From the NCBI GenBank assembly GCA_977017645.1, contig OZ360219.1, forward strand, positions 253,952,001 through 254,016,000: a stretch of DNA of 64,000 nucleotides. The letters run 5' to 3'. The notes beneath the pieces are model-generated. The model saw only the letters and a list, made by a program, of their open reading frames with translations, was not told where the DNA came from and ran no database searches. The number at the start of each line of letters is the position of its first letter. Position 1 is the first letter of the stretch. This stretch comes from Torpedo marmorata (Eukaryota). The position numbers and the translations under genes are program-made. Below are positions 47,320 through 61,100 of this stretch, piece by piece.

Positions 47320-48418
47320 TCAGAATCAGAATCAGAATCAGAATTTATTGTCATGAACAAGTCATGAAATTCGGTGTTTTGCGGAAGCATCATAGTGCAA
47401 ACATTCATATTATAAAAAAATATATAAATAATAGTGCATGAAAAGTAAGGCAGTGTCTTTGGTTCATTGATTATTCAGGAATCTGATGGCAGCGGGGAAG
47501 AAGCTGTCCTTGTGCCGTTGAGTGCTTGACTTTAGACTCCTGTACCTTTTTCCCAGAGTGAAGAGGGCATGGCCGGGGTGGTGGGGGTCTTTGATGATTG
47601 AGGCTGCTTTTTTAAGACACCGCCTCATGTAGATGTCCTCGATGGAGTGAAGTCTGGTGCCTGTGATGTCACAGGCCAAGTTAACAACCCTCTGGAGTTT
47701 ATTCTTGTCCTGAGAGTTGGCGCCTCCATACCAGGCAGTGATGCAACCAGCTAGAATGCTCTCCATGGTACACCTGTAGAAGTTTACGAGAGTCTTCGGT
47801 GACATACCGAATCTCCTCAGACTCCTCACAAAGTATAGCCGCTGGTGAGCCTTATTTGTGATTGCATCAACGTGGAGGTTCCAGGACAGATTCGCGGAGA
47901 TGTTGACACCCAGGAATTTGAAGTTCTTGACCCTCTCCACTACTGAGCCCTCGATGAGGACTGGGTCATGTTCCCCTGACTTCCTCCTGAAGTCCACAAT
48001 CATCTCCTTGGTTTTGCTGACGTTGAGCTCAAGGTTGTTGTCGTTACACCATTCAACGAGCTTATCTATCTCCCTCCTGTACGCTTCCTCATTGCCGTTT
48101 GTGATTCTGCCGACAACTGTGGTGTCATCGGCAAACTTGTATATGGCATTGGAATTGTGCCTGGCCACACAGTCATGGGTGTATAATGAGTAGAGCATTG
48201 GGCTAAGCACGCATCCTTGGGGTGCGTCTGTGTTGATAATCAGTGAGGAGGAGACATTGTTTCCAATTCGTACTGACTGTGGTCTTCTGATGAGAAAGTC
48301 AAGGATCCAGTTGCAGAGTGGGGTACAGAGGCCTAGAGTTTGTAGCTTCTTGATCAGCACTGAGGGAATAATGGTATTGAAGGCCGAGCTGTAGTCAATG
48401 AAGAGCAGCCGTATGTAT
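47320..48418 (-). mobile_element. Rex1/Babar-type LINE, 5'-truncated, with (TTCTGA)n tail
   Basis: ORF 47464-48360 (298 aa) [29 protein letters not shown]. Highly similar to 705-1986. Tail repeats at 47320-47345. Confidence 0.9.
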
Positions 48419-49019
48419 ACGGTGATGAAGATGATAAAGTAAAGCTTTCAAAACAGGAAGTTGTTCTGTAGAGAAACATAAAAACTGCAAATCTTGAGTG
48501 AACAATGAGAAGCTGGAAGGAGTCCATGGTCAGGCAGCATCCATGGGCCAGTCCTTCTGACTTTAGTCTCATTCTGAGATAAGATAAGACTTTTTCTTGG
48601 AGTAGTTCCAAAACCTGCTGCCACAGCAGACTGAGAAGATGTTACTGAAGGGAGACCATGAGTGTCATGTGTGAGATGGACCATTGGGTGTCTCGTAAGG
48701 ACAGTTGGGTCCAGTGCTCATCATGGCTAAAGTCAGTTGTGGAAGGATCTGAATTATGTCATTTGTTTGCAGGGACCATGTTTTTGAAAGCACTTCTGCC
48801 TTAGTGAGAGATCTAGAAGCCAATCACACTCTGGGGTTCACTGTTCTCACCTGAGCAGGCCAATGTTCAGAATGGACTTTGCAAATGGTCATTTTTAATT
48901 TCCATCAGTCCTGAAGTGAATTATACAAGTTCAATCAAAGGGAGATTGGGAGTTTATAGAGCAACATGTCAGGAAACAGAAAGTACCTTTCAGAAATGTC
49001 TGATAAACTAATGTCCTTG

Positions 49020-49696
49020 TGTTATATGTGGATTCTGGAGGAACATGTGGCCTCCCTGTCTGTCTGGAACATTTTGGATTGCGGATGGTCACGTGACCTC
49101 CCTGTCTGAAACTTATTTGGAAGTCGCATCACCTGCCAATCAAGGATGAACTCCGGCCACCCATTAGTTGCACACCTTACCGTTGGCTCATTTAAATGAC
49201 TCAGTGTCATCATTGGCCAGACGCCCAGCTCAGAACAGTATAAAACATCGATGCATACCACATTTCTCTCTCTCTCTGCCTCTTGATCCAAGTCCCGGAC
49301 ATCGGTCCATGCCAGGTCGCTACTGTGGACATCGTTGGAGGAGTCGTGGGTAACGTGTGCACTACACTTAAGTTGAGCCATAGTACTGCGATAGATCAGT
49401 GCTTGTCGAGAGCTGCACCTCCGTTGGTACAGGGGATCAGGAGTGTGTTTGAAAGTCCCTGTCTGTGAAGTGTGTACACGTGCTGGAGCGTGTAGAAGAT
49501 AGGTGGCCACTGGTATCAGAGTCCAACCTGGGTCCGATGTGAATGTCTATATAGTTGTTTAGTAGTAGAGTAATTAAGTATCATTTGACATCTTCCCCTG
49601 TTTGTCTCCCGTGTGTTCAATAAAGTTATCTTTGATTGTAAAACCAAACCCATCTCTCTGTGAACCCAGCGAACCTGATACTTTCCAAACACAACA
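49020..49696 (+). mobile_element. Solo LTR (677 bp)
   Basis: TGTT...AACA. 5-bp TSD CCTTG at 49015-49019 and 49697-49701. TATAAAA 49239-49245, AATAAA 49619-49624. Confidence 0.85.
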
Positions 49697-50252
49697 CCTT
49701 GGGAGAAAAAAAGCCTTCACTTGACAAACAAGCTTGAGCAAACTAAATTGACTCCTCAGGTGGAGCCAGAAGCTTTACAAAGTATGCTAGTTCATCTCTG
49801 GGAAATGCCAGAGGGATCATCAGCTGAAAAGGAGGCAAGCAAAAGTTTTCAGAGCAATAATCTGGTTTGGCAATAGAGCATTACAAAGCTTTAGAAGAGG
49901 AATATTAAATGGAGTCTCAACAGTTGGGAGAGGCAGTAAGGCAGAAGAAACTGTGCAGGAATAAAATCGCAGACGTACAACAAGCCAGAAATAAACCAAA
50001 GAAAACACTCAGCAGAGAGGACGGCCCCATGATTGGCTCCAGAATGTCGTTTGCTGACATAAAGGAAATAATTTAAACATTAGAATCACTGATGCTCAAG
50101 TTTTTTTTGGGATCCCAGGACATTATGTTTGTTGAATTGGACAAAAGTTTGGTAAGGATAATGAGATTATTGTCATACACATTGTACAATGTACATAATC
50201 ACCAAAATTCTTACTTGCTGTAGCGAAAAGGTTGCAGAATTGGTGTTGGAAT

Positions 50253-51405
50253 TGTAACAGATGTGTTAATGTTAATATTAATATTTAAAGTTAAGTTATA
50301 GAATTATATATCTTAGTAAGGTTAGTTGTGGGCTGGTACAGGGTCACACACAGGTCACAGCACATTTGCAGGAAAAAAAACCATTACTCAGAGGGAGAGT
50401 TCAGTTTGAAGTCGCCGCGTCTACGAAGACAAAAGCCAATAATGAAACAGAAGTGCATTTAAGTGATTTAAGGACAATGTGTGGTTTTTAAAAGCCTTAT
50501 GATAGCAGCTGTTGCAAACTCAAGTGCCATTTGAGTGACATGTGCCAGACTATTCGGAGTCGTAATCACTTATAATCTTGGAACAGAGATGAGGTCAGAT
50601 GTTTTGTGGATGTAAGTGATTTTGAAGAAAGGCATGAGGTAATGCTTTTGAAAATGAAACTAAAACTGTGGTGATGTAATGTCACATGATGTCAGAGAGA
50701 TATATAATGAAAGGAGAGAGACATTTTGAAACAGATTGAACCAGACTGCACCAGACTGAAGAAACTCTGACACTTTGGAAGGACAAAGAAAAAGTCTGAA
50801 GAACTTTGATATTCTGGAAAGGCAGAATCATTTTATGAGCAGTGATCTCTGAAGTGGATGGAGGTGCTGTTTCTGTGTATTATCCTTATCATAGGAGATA
50901 CACTTTAAAATTGTTTCTAAGAAAAGAGGACATCACCGTATGTTACTCCTGATTAAGAAAGAAATCATCGTGAAGATCACAGTTCCGTAACCCTAACAAG
51001 ATAGGGGGAAACTTGTGAACACACTCGTCTGAAGACTATCTCTGAAAGACAAGTCATCAAAAGACGTGTGAGTTTGAAAGAAATCGAATGCTCCATTCTT
51101 GCTTTATAATAACTTCTGAATCACAATTTAAAAGGGATCCTGAAGTTCAACAAAAGAAGTTGGAAACTGGACTTTAAAAATTGACTTTTTCAGATTTAAG
51201 TTTAAGCTGAAATAGTTTGGACTTTAACACACACACATTTACATTTGCACATAGTGGGGTTTAAGTTAGAGTTAAGTTTAGAGATAAGTAATATATTTTA
51301 TTAATTGTTTAAATAAAAAAAACTATTTTTGAATTTACCATTGTCTGGTTCATCTTCCATTGCTGTTCCTTTATTAGTACTAACAGGGTTTGTTAGTTCG
51401 TAACA
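50253..51405 (+). mobile_element. Solo LTR (1153 bp), U5 resembling the Gmr1-like LTRs
   Basis: TGTAACA...GTAACA. 4-bp TSD GAAT at 50249-50252 and 51406-51409. (CA)n, ATAGTGGGGTT and AATAAA occur in the same order as in the 33713 LTR. Confidence 0.8.
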
Positions 51406-53954
51406 GAATGGAGTCAAGGAAGAGAAGTTGAGGATTGATCAATGGTTACCCAACTTGTGGAGAGTATATTTAAGATGGACTCAAGAACACGGAAAGATTT
51501 GAAAGCATTTACCACATATGAGATGGCATTGCTCCAATACAATGGAGGAAGGGCATGAACAAACATAAGACCAGTTGGGGTAAGAAGCAAGCAAGCTGAA
51601 GTGATCATTAGTTGTTGGTGAGACTAGTCTAAAACCAGGAATGTAAACAGTAAAGCAGTCTCAAGACCAGAATGAACTCCGCACTAAGAAACCAGGGAGC
51701 AAAAAAATTGTTACAATGGTTGATGGAAACAAGAGAAATACTGAACAAAAGAGGGATGTTTAGAGGGGCACATGCCAACTCCCATCATTCTAGTTGCCCG
51801 TCACATATATTTCTGAGAGAACTTCAGATTGAGAACATTGAGTCCACAAAAGATGCATCATGTAAATTAAAAACAAGGAATTTCATTCATCATCTGAGCA
51901 ATGAAAAATCCAAACCTTGGCAACCAACAGACCAAGGGTTATCTCTGTGTGTTGTACACCCCCAGAGCAGGACTTCAGGAGGTGAGTTTTGGTGGAGATA
52001 GAGGCCCAGTTGCATCTAATAATGATGGGTTCACATCAAAGTTTCAAAGGGAAAGGTGGGAAGGAGAGAAGCAGAATTTAAAAGCTGATAGAAATGATGG
52101 AAAGTCAGGATGTAAAGTGGGATGAAACCAATGGCAAGTTAATGGAAAATTCCCAGAAATAACAAAAGAGACATTGTTGCTATTGAATTCATGGCACCCA
52201 GTTTCAAACCAACATTTATTTTTGTATCTGTCATGGTTATTTAATAAAGTAATTGAATTTAATGTCAAGGTTTACGTAGACTGTATAGCTATACAAGTAA
52301 TCCAGTTTGATGTTTTCAAAGTTATGCAAATAATCTTGTATATCAACAAATTAAAAGAAGGATGCCAGACCAAATATTAATGCAGTACACATGAAGAAGT
52401 GAATTGTTGGAGTCATCATTGCTCAAAGTAGAGTTTGGTCAGTTAATGAAGTGACCAGGAGCTCAAGTCAATTCATAACTGGTTGAATTTGCTAATTTGT
52501 ATCACATGGTGACTCTTATTGTAGTCAGATAATGCATTTAGTTGACAGTCATGGCCTTCAGTAAAAGGATATTCTGTTTTTGTAGCTCTACTCTGATTTA
52601 TTTCCTCATACAGAGAGGAACAGAAAAAAAAACATCGGCTACACATTTCTGTCCATTGAATTTTACTGGCTATATGTCCAATCCCCAAGCTTATTTACGT
52701 CCCATCAATTGTAGCCTGTCAGCTTTTGGTCTTCCACGTTTATCAACCATGTGCAATTTGCAAATTCAGCCATCGTGTCTGCAACCCCCCTTTCCAAACC
52801 ATGTCACAATATAGTACATTAAAAAAATTCCAATGGCGATTTCTGGGAAACCTAATGAGTACCATGCTTCCAAATTAATGGCAATCCTTGTACCACCAAT
52901 ATTGATGTTCAATTGACTGGCCAACAGCAATTCCATTAAACAATATTTCTACTGACTATTTTCAGGTCCAGCTTTAATAGAGAAAACTGTCATCAATTGT
53001 TTTCTAAAACCCAGGCATAGCTCTACTCCTTCATTGTGTTCCAGGCAAAATGCAGAAATGTAATTCTGAACAGAGTGTATAACTATACTTTGAGTTTTCC
53101 TTGTAAACTTCGTGTTATGTCATGTCATGATATCATCAGTTCAGAAAGAGAAGATAACAGCACAATTAGAATTCCTGTCCACAGTTACAACTTTTCCTGC
53201 ACAGGGAGAGGAAGCATATATAATAGTAGCCTTTAAATGAGATAAATTCTGAGCAACACTTCCCAAGTACCACTGCAGAACCCGAAGTAAAAAGGAAGAA
53301 ACAAATGCGTGTGTCATGACCATGCCAATCTGTGGCAGTTTCTTCAGAATGAAAATGTGGAATTTATCGACAATACACAGGCAAAAATCATGTCAATCAA
53401 GAGACTGAGGGGCAGGCAACCTGCACCATTGATTCAGCCTCTTTTGTGGCTATAATTCTTCTATAAACCAATTGTTATCACCTGTGCCTGTCAAGTCAAT
53501 CAGACCTTTCTGATTGAATGAACTTGAATTTCTATCATTAGGTAAATAAATGCTTGAGATGGCAGTGATTAAAAATCTGCCTGTTCTTTCTAATTTTTTT
53601 GAGATTTTGTTCTACAGTTTTGCAATTATGGACCTTTTTTTATAATTTGCAAATTCAATGTCTGTAGTTACATTTCAGGGAAAAATACTTTCACCCAATC
53701 GCCACTCGTCCCTTCAGCCACAACCAACCTGCAATGTTTTTTTCCCCTGCACGACTTGACCTCATCCAATTAACATAGCTCAGAGTGGAGCAAATCAGAT
53801 CTAGAAATAAAGCCTACATTTGTTACTGCTGCACAGTGTTGGACAACCTAAAATTAATCCTTCTCCAGTGAGTGTGAATTAAAGAGAAAATGAACATTTT
53901 TTTCCATTCTTGATGATCTTCATACTTGTTTGAATAACAAGTAATGATGGATTA

Positions 53955-54795
53955 ATTCTATATCACTTCCAACCTCATCTCTGCTCTCAATGTGTCTTCC
54001 TGTACATCAGCAAGGCCAAGCATAGACTGGGTGACCATTTTGCCAACCACCTGTGCTCTGCGTGCAATAGCCATCTTGAGCTCCTGGTTGGAAGCCATTT
54101 TAACTCACCTCCCCATTCCTATACTAACCTGTCTCTCCTTGGCTTCTGCCACAGCCAGGGTGAGGCCAAACACAAAAGACAACAGCATATCATATTCTGA
54201 CTGAGTCGTCTACAATCCATGGCATGAACATGAATTTTCTAATATCAGGTAACCCAAACCTCTTCTGTTCATTCCTCTCTCCTTCTGATCTACCCAGATC
54301 CCCTCATGCAGACCCTCCTTCACACCCCCACCCACTCTTGCCCCTATTACCCAGTTTCTTTCCTCTCACCCATCAAATTCAACCTGCGTAATACTCACAT
54401 ACCTAAACCATTGGGACACCTATCCCCTCCTACTGTTCCCATCTGCTCACCATCCCTCCCTTATCTGATTCCACTCCTCACCTTATTTTCTTAAAAGATT
54501 TCATGATCTGCAGCCCTCTGATGTCTTCAATTATCGTCTCCCAGTTTCTGTTGCTATCTCCATCCTCTTGTCACCCACCTGCCTCCCTCTGCTCATAAAC
54601 CTCTCCTCACCTGGATACAATGAATGCTTTCCAGCTCCTGCCTCATTTCCTTTCCCTCACCTCTTTATGCTGGCTTTCTCCCCTTGACACACTCTATCCT
54701 GATGCAAGTTCTTGACCTGAAACGTTGACCATCCTTTAACTCCATAGATCCTGCCTGACTTGCTGAGTTCTTCCAGTAAATCATTGTTTTTTCTA
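53955..54795 (+). mobile_element. Penelope-like element 3' part: decayed GIY-YIG endonuclease, pyrimidine tract, hammerhead-like terminus
   Basis: ~53990-54252 reads LYISKAKHRLGDHFANHL..HFNSP.HS..LSLLG..QQHIIF*L..LQ..MN.EFSN across frameshifts. ctgatg..gaaacgttgac at 54699-54729. Confidence 0.75.
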
Positions 54796-55847
54796 CAAAT
54801 TAGTTCTTGACTGGTACTTCCTAGAGAACTGTAGCAGAGTGGTTCCACTCCAAGTTAGTAACTGTGCACTTAGGCTATGATTTGGAGAGATCAATTACAC
54901 TGATGGCAATGGAATTTGGTTCAGTCCATGAAATCATCTCAAATAAAACATCAGTAGTATTGGTTTACTAATATCTTTTGGGAAGGAAATCAGATGTTAT
55001 TTGGCTTGACATGCATGTAATTCCAGACCCACAGCAATATTGATTCTGAACAACTTTGTAAATTGGCTTGGCAAACCACTCAGGGCATGATAAGAATGAC
55101 ATAACATAGACTCTCCATTATGCACCTGGGCACTAGATTTAAACAAGTCAAAGGGACACCCTGCCCAAATGATCCTCCCCAATATTGCAGGGTTTGTGTA
55201 TGTATTTGGTGAATTGAACTGCAGACTAAACAAGCATCTGACTATATGGGAACAGAAAATGCTGGAACTATTCAGCAGGTCCAGCAACCTTGCAAAGGGA
55301 CAAACAAAGTAAACCTTCCTTTCAAAAGATCTAGTTAACTTCATCTTCACTAATCTACTTGTTGCAAATGCATCTAATATATCAGTAGTGGTAGGAATGA
55401 CCATGCACGGTCTTTGTTGAGACTGCGTATCATTTTCACATCCACTCTATCAAATTGATCTCTCAGATTCATATCGCATCATTGCCTTGCTCCAACCGAA
55501 TGAAGTGTGAATGGAATTATTGATGCTGCATAATTTGGCTAAGAATGGTATTAAGGAGCCATTTAAAAAAAAGTAGATGAGAATCACAGAAGAATCTCTC
55601 AACGAACTGAAGTCATATCTTTTCTGGAGAGGGATAGCAATAATTTTTGATGGCCAATCATCACACTCTCCCAGAGGTCATTGCAGGTGTATTCAAGAGG
55701 AATGCCCCAGGCCTAACCATCATCAGTCATGTGACTTCCCCCTCCGCCATTAAATTAAAAGTACAATAGTTTATTGATGCTTGTAGATTTAGTCTGTTAC
55801 ATTCCCAGCTCATTTGAAGACACATGAGAAATATGCTGGAATGTGGA

Positions 55848-56033
55848 GCAAAATACAATCTGCTGGAGGAACTCAGCAGGTTGAGCAGCATAAGTGGGAG
55901 GAAAAGCGTGGTTTATATTCCAGGCAGGATCTCTTCACCAGTCATGATGAAGGGTTCCGGCCCAAAACGACAATTCTTTTTTTCCTCCTGATGCTGCTCA
56001 ACCCGCTGAGGTCCTCCAGCAGACTGTGTTTTG
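55848..56033. repeat. Inverted pair of Penelope-like termini forming a hairpin
   Basis: caaaatacaatctgctggaggaactcagcaggttgagcagcat versus atgctgctcaacccgctgaggtcctccagcagactgtgttttg, with a hammerhead-like motif at 55940-55970. Confidence 0.7.
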
Positions 56034-56196
56034 ATAATGAACCAGTTTGTGTCTGCATGCAACAAGATCTAGGTGACATTCAAGGGCAATTGGAAACAGG
56101 TGTAACCTGGTGTCCTTGCCAGTATTCACTCTGTGCACTCTGTGCATGATGAATGGCTCACCAGTGAAGAGTAGATCCTGCATTACCTTATTGGAA

Positions 56197-57405
56197 CCCA
56201 AAGCCCTGGAACACCTGGACAGCAAAGATGCATACATCAGAATGCTCTTTATCGACTACAGTTCGGCATTCAACACCATAATCCCCTCAAAATAGAACAG
56301 CAAACTCCAAGACCTGGGCCTCAATACCCCACTGTGTAATTGGATCCTGGATTTCCTCATCTCCAGACCCCAATCAGTGAGGACTGGTGAGAACATCTCC
56401 TCCACAATCTCCATCAGTACCGCAGCACCACAGGGATGTTCTTAGCCCCCTGCTCTACTCACTATACACCTATGACTGTGTGGCTCAGAACGACAACAAC
56501 ACCATTTACAAATTCGCAGACGATGCCACAGGAGTGGGGTTGTAAAAAAAGCAGCAATAAGTCAGCATACAGGAGGGAGATTGAAAGCTTGGCTGAATGG
56601 TGCACCAACAGCAACCTTGCACTCAATGTCACCAAAACCAAGGAGCTTATTGTTGACTTCAGGAAGGGAAAACCAGAGGTGTATGATCCAGTGATCATTG
56701 GGGGATCAGAGGTGGATAGGGTGAGCAAATTTAAGTTCTTCACAGTCACTATCTCAGAGGATCTTTCCTGAACCCAACACACTAATGGCATCATGAAGAA
56801 AGCACATCAGCATCTCTACTTCCTCAGGAGTTTGCGGAGGTTTGGTATGCCATCTGAAACCCTTGCAAACTTCTACAGATGTGCGGTGAAAGTGTGCTGA
56901 CCGGCTAGTCTGCTCTGGGGACACCAATGCCCCTGAGCGGAAAGCCCTGCAAAAGGTAGTGGACACAGCCCAGGACATCACAGGCAAAACCCTCCCCACC
57001 ATTGAGACCATCTACAGGGATCGCTGCCGTCGGAGAGCAGCAGCAATCATCAAGGATCCGCACCACCCAGCACACGCCTTGTTCTTGCTGCTACCATCAG
57101 AAAAGAGGTATAGGTGCCACAAGACTCTCACCACCAGGTTCAAGAACAGCTGCTATCCCTCTAACATCAGACTCCTCAACAACAAACTCAGAGACTCATT
57201 TAAGGACTCTTACTTTTGCACTTTATTGATTTTTTTCCTCTCTCTGTAATGCACAGTTAGTTTGTTTACATTTCTTTATTTGTTTACAGGTTTAGCATCT
57301 TCTTGAGGACAGGTTTTTGCACTGCCAATAATTGGTAATTCTGCTTCGCCTGCAGGAAAAAGAATCTTAGGGTTTCATGTATGTACTCTGACAATAAATC
57401 TGAAC
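56197..57405 (+). mobile_element. Rex1/Babar-type LINE (second subfamily), degenerate
   Basis: [59 protein letters not shown]. 3' UTR ends acaataaatctga. Confidence 0.85.
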
Positions 57406-58182
57406 TTTTTTGGAGGGTGTTCAACATGTCATGGAACAGCATGTAGTAAGAAGAAGCAGAAAGGGAAACATTTGACGAAAGAAGCAGGGAAAAAATAAAT
57501 AAGTATTCTTCACAGACATGGAAAAAGAACAGCAGCACAATAAATATTACTGTGCACAACAGTTTAAAGATTAATGCAGGGTATATAGGTTAGCGGAGGA
57601 TTATGCTGATAGAATCTCAGTGTCTGTCCACACACCGCAGCTGCTTCCTTGTTCTGGCTCCTGATCGATATGCTACATGAAGCCTTTTTCAAGCGATAAC
57701 TTTGATGTCTACGATGGGTTTGCATGGAAGGAATGACAATGAAAACAGATTTCACCCTTGAAGAAATTAGCAGACATCAAAGTTAAGGGTTGACCAAGGC
57801 ATATGCCACGGGGTAGATTTTAAATTTCATTATTGGGCGGTGAACTCAGTTTTGTCGATCAGCCACCTGTTACACAGCCTGCTCTCTTATCAAGCAGAAT
57901 GAGTAATGACAGGCTGATCTACATTACTGAGCACATCGCACGCTTGTAAAAGCTAGAAGCTAAACTTTAAGTAATGAACTATGACTAGCCTGGAAGAGTT
58001 AGCTGGTTATAGATTGGGGACAGCAATTTTCCTTGATTGCTTTGAGCTAGGAAAAGGTAGGGGCCAGGGAGCAACAACTTCAAGAAAGAGGTTCTGCAAG
58101 AGAGCACTATGCATTGACCACAGTTCAAGGTGCTTGTCCATAAATGCTGTACAACAGATTGAGGAGTCTTTCCTCTCCACGA

Positions 58183-61100
58183 TGTTACAAACTCAATCCA
58201 GCAACGACAGAAGACGCAATGCAAAAGGGGTAAAATTGAAATTTATATTTATTAAAGACAATTAAATATATCATTTCTTAACAATTAACCCCACTATAAA
58301 CGTCTATAATCACTATTCTTATCTAACGTTGTGTGTGTGTGTATGTGTAGCCCAGGCCATTACAATCTGTGCCCAACCCTCAAGAAAAAAAAAATAGAAA
58401 GCCTTCCCCAAAACCCCAGGTCAGTCATAAAAATAAGTCAGTCCCAAAAATACAGTCCACAAAAAATCACTATATTCAGGGTCCAAATTCAGCTCTGTGC
58501 GCTGGCACGAAGGACTTCTTAATGGACATTGGAGAGAGAGACATTGACTGTTTAAGCTTACAAATCTTGGTCTGCTATATCCTTCCGATCACTTTCCCTT
58601 TTGGTAGGTGCATGAGGGTTGCTGTTCCAAATCAGTATACCACTGATAGAGGCTTGTATTTGGATCTCACAGCCTGTCTCGCTGATCTCACGGCTGTTCT
58701 CCACGAAAGTTGCTTTAAATCAGTCTTTTACTGAAAAAGGAGGCCATGTGCTCTTCTCCACAGCCTTTCTATCTGGAATGCACGAGCCTCTGGTTTTGCT
58801 GTTGTTGCTCCAGCCTTTTGCAACTCCAAACTGAATGCTTTTTGCAGAGGTTTGCACCTGCTTTTGCAAAAGTGCAACAAAGTATCTTTTCCACAGCCTG
58901 TCTCTCTCTCTTTCTGAGCACAGCCAGTCCTGGGCAAGTTAACTCTTTTAGTACCTGGTCCCAGTGTGTACTCAAAAAACTTCATCCTTCCTGCTTACTG
59001 TCCGCAGTCCAAATGGTCAGTCATGGTCCATAACACCTCCCACCCACAAAGAAAATGTTTGTCTGCAAGAACAAAATTTTAGAAATTAATTGAGGTGTCA
59101 CAATGTAAACAAAATCCATAATGTTCATCCAAAAACACAAAAATATGAACTATTTTCATTTAGAAAGTTTAGCATCTGGAAAGACAATCAGCAATTACAT
59201 TATCTTTCCCTTTTATATGTTATCATTAAATCATATTCTTGCAAAATTAGACTCCAATTCAACAACTGTCTATTCTTTTTTTTCATTTTACAAAGAAAAA
59301 CCAATGGATTATGGTCAGTATACACTTGAGTGGTTTTTAAGCTGTACAGATATGCACATCAAAGTGCTGTAGAGCCAACACAAGAGCTAACAACTCTTTT
59401 TCTATGTTTGGTTGAATAATTTTTTTGATGATCATTGAACTTCTTCGAGAAGTAGGATGGTCAATGTCCTCTTCGTTCCTTCTCTGTAACAGCACCGCAC
59501 CCACAGCTTCATCGCAGGCATCCACGGCTAAAGAAAATGGCTTTTCTAAATCAGGTGACTGAAGCACAGGTTGGTGGCATAAAATTGCTTTCAATTTGAC
59601 AAATGCTTCCTGACAACCTGTTGACCATACAAATTTTTCTCCCGTTCTAAGCAAATTTGTGAGAGGGAGCGCAAGATCTGCAAAGTTTTTACAGAACTTG
59701 CGGTAGTAGCCAATCATTCCCAGGAACCTCCTCAGAGTTTTCTTACCAGTTGGAACAGGGAACTCAGAAATAGTCACAACCTTGGCCAATACTGGCACCA
59801 ACAGCCCCTGTCCTACTACATAACCCAGATACATAACAGTTGCATGTCCAAACTCACTTTTACTAAAATTAACTGTGAGATTTGCTTTTGACAGTCGTTC
59901 AAACAATTGTTTTAACTCAAAGACATGCTCTTCCCAGGTGTCACTACTTACTCATCAATGTAAGCACCTGTGTTTTTCAACCCTTGAATTACTGAATTAA
60001 TCATTCTCTGAAATGTTCCTGGAGCATTCTTCATACCAAAAGGCAAAACATTATACTCATACAGCCCAAAAGGTGTTACGAATGCAGAAATCTCCCTAGC
60101 CCTTTTTGTCAAAGGAACACACCAGTATCCTTTCAATAAGTCAATTTTTGTAAGAACTTTAGCCTTCCCCACCTTGTCTATACAATCGTCTATTCTAGGA
60201 ATAGGATAAGCATCTGTCTTTGTTACAGCATTTACTTTCCTATAATCAGTGCAAAACCTAACCGTTCCATCAGGCTTAGGCACTAAAACACAAGGGGAAC
60301 TCCAATTGGAAGTAGACTTTCGAATGCTACTGTTCTTTACCATGTAGTCAATTTCCTGATCTACCACTTTGCACTTTTCCGCATTGATTTGATAGGGATG
60401 CTTTTTATCGGTCTTGCATCTCCTACATCCACATCATGATAGGTGATGGAAATTTTTTGAGGCACATTGGGAAATAAATTCATAAATTTTAAAAATAACT
60501 GACTCATCTCTTCCTTTTTGGAAGATTTGAGATTTGCCAACTTTATCTCCAGATTGCGAAAAATCATGGAATTTTCTAACCTCGGGCTTATCAATTTCTG
60601 TGTCCCATGACCCTCTCTGAAACTGGTTTTATCTGTCTCCTCCTTACTCTGGTCGATACCCAGCACCTCTGCTAAATGTTCAGTCTCTTTGTGCGGCACC
60701 TGTTCAAAATATGACTTAATCATATTCACATGACAGACCTGTGTGTCTAGTCCGCAATTAGGTGTTTCTATGACATCAGTGACCTCATTAATTTTAGACT
60801 TAACTCTATAGGGTCCTGAAAATCTAGCCCCAAGAGGATTTGAATGTGTGGGAAACAGAACTAATACGTTCTCACTAGGTTTAACAGTTCTCATCTTGGC
60901 CTTTCGATCATACCAAACCTTTATTCTCTGTTGAGTGGCCTTTAAAGTCTCCTTTGCCATCTCACAAGCTTTATGCAACCGTATCCTTAAATTTGGAAAC
61001 ATAATCCAACAAATTTAAATGCACATCACTATTGATCCACTGTTCTTTTAATAACCTTAAAGACCTCTCACCTCATGTCTGAAAACTAACTCGAATGGAC

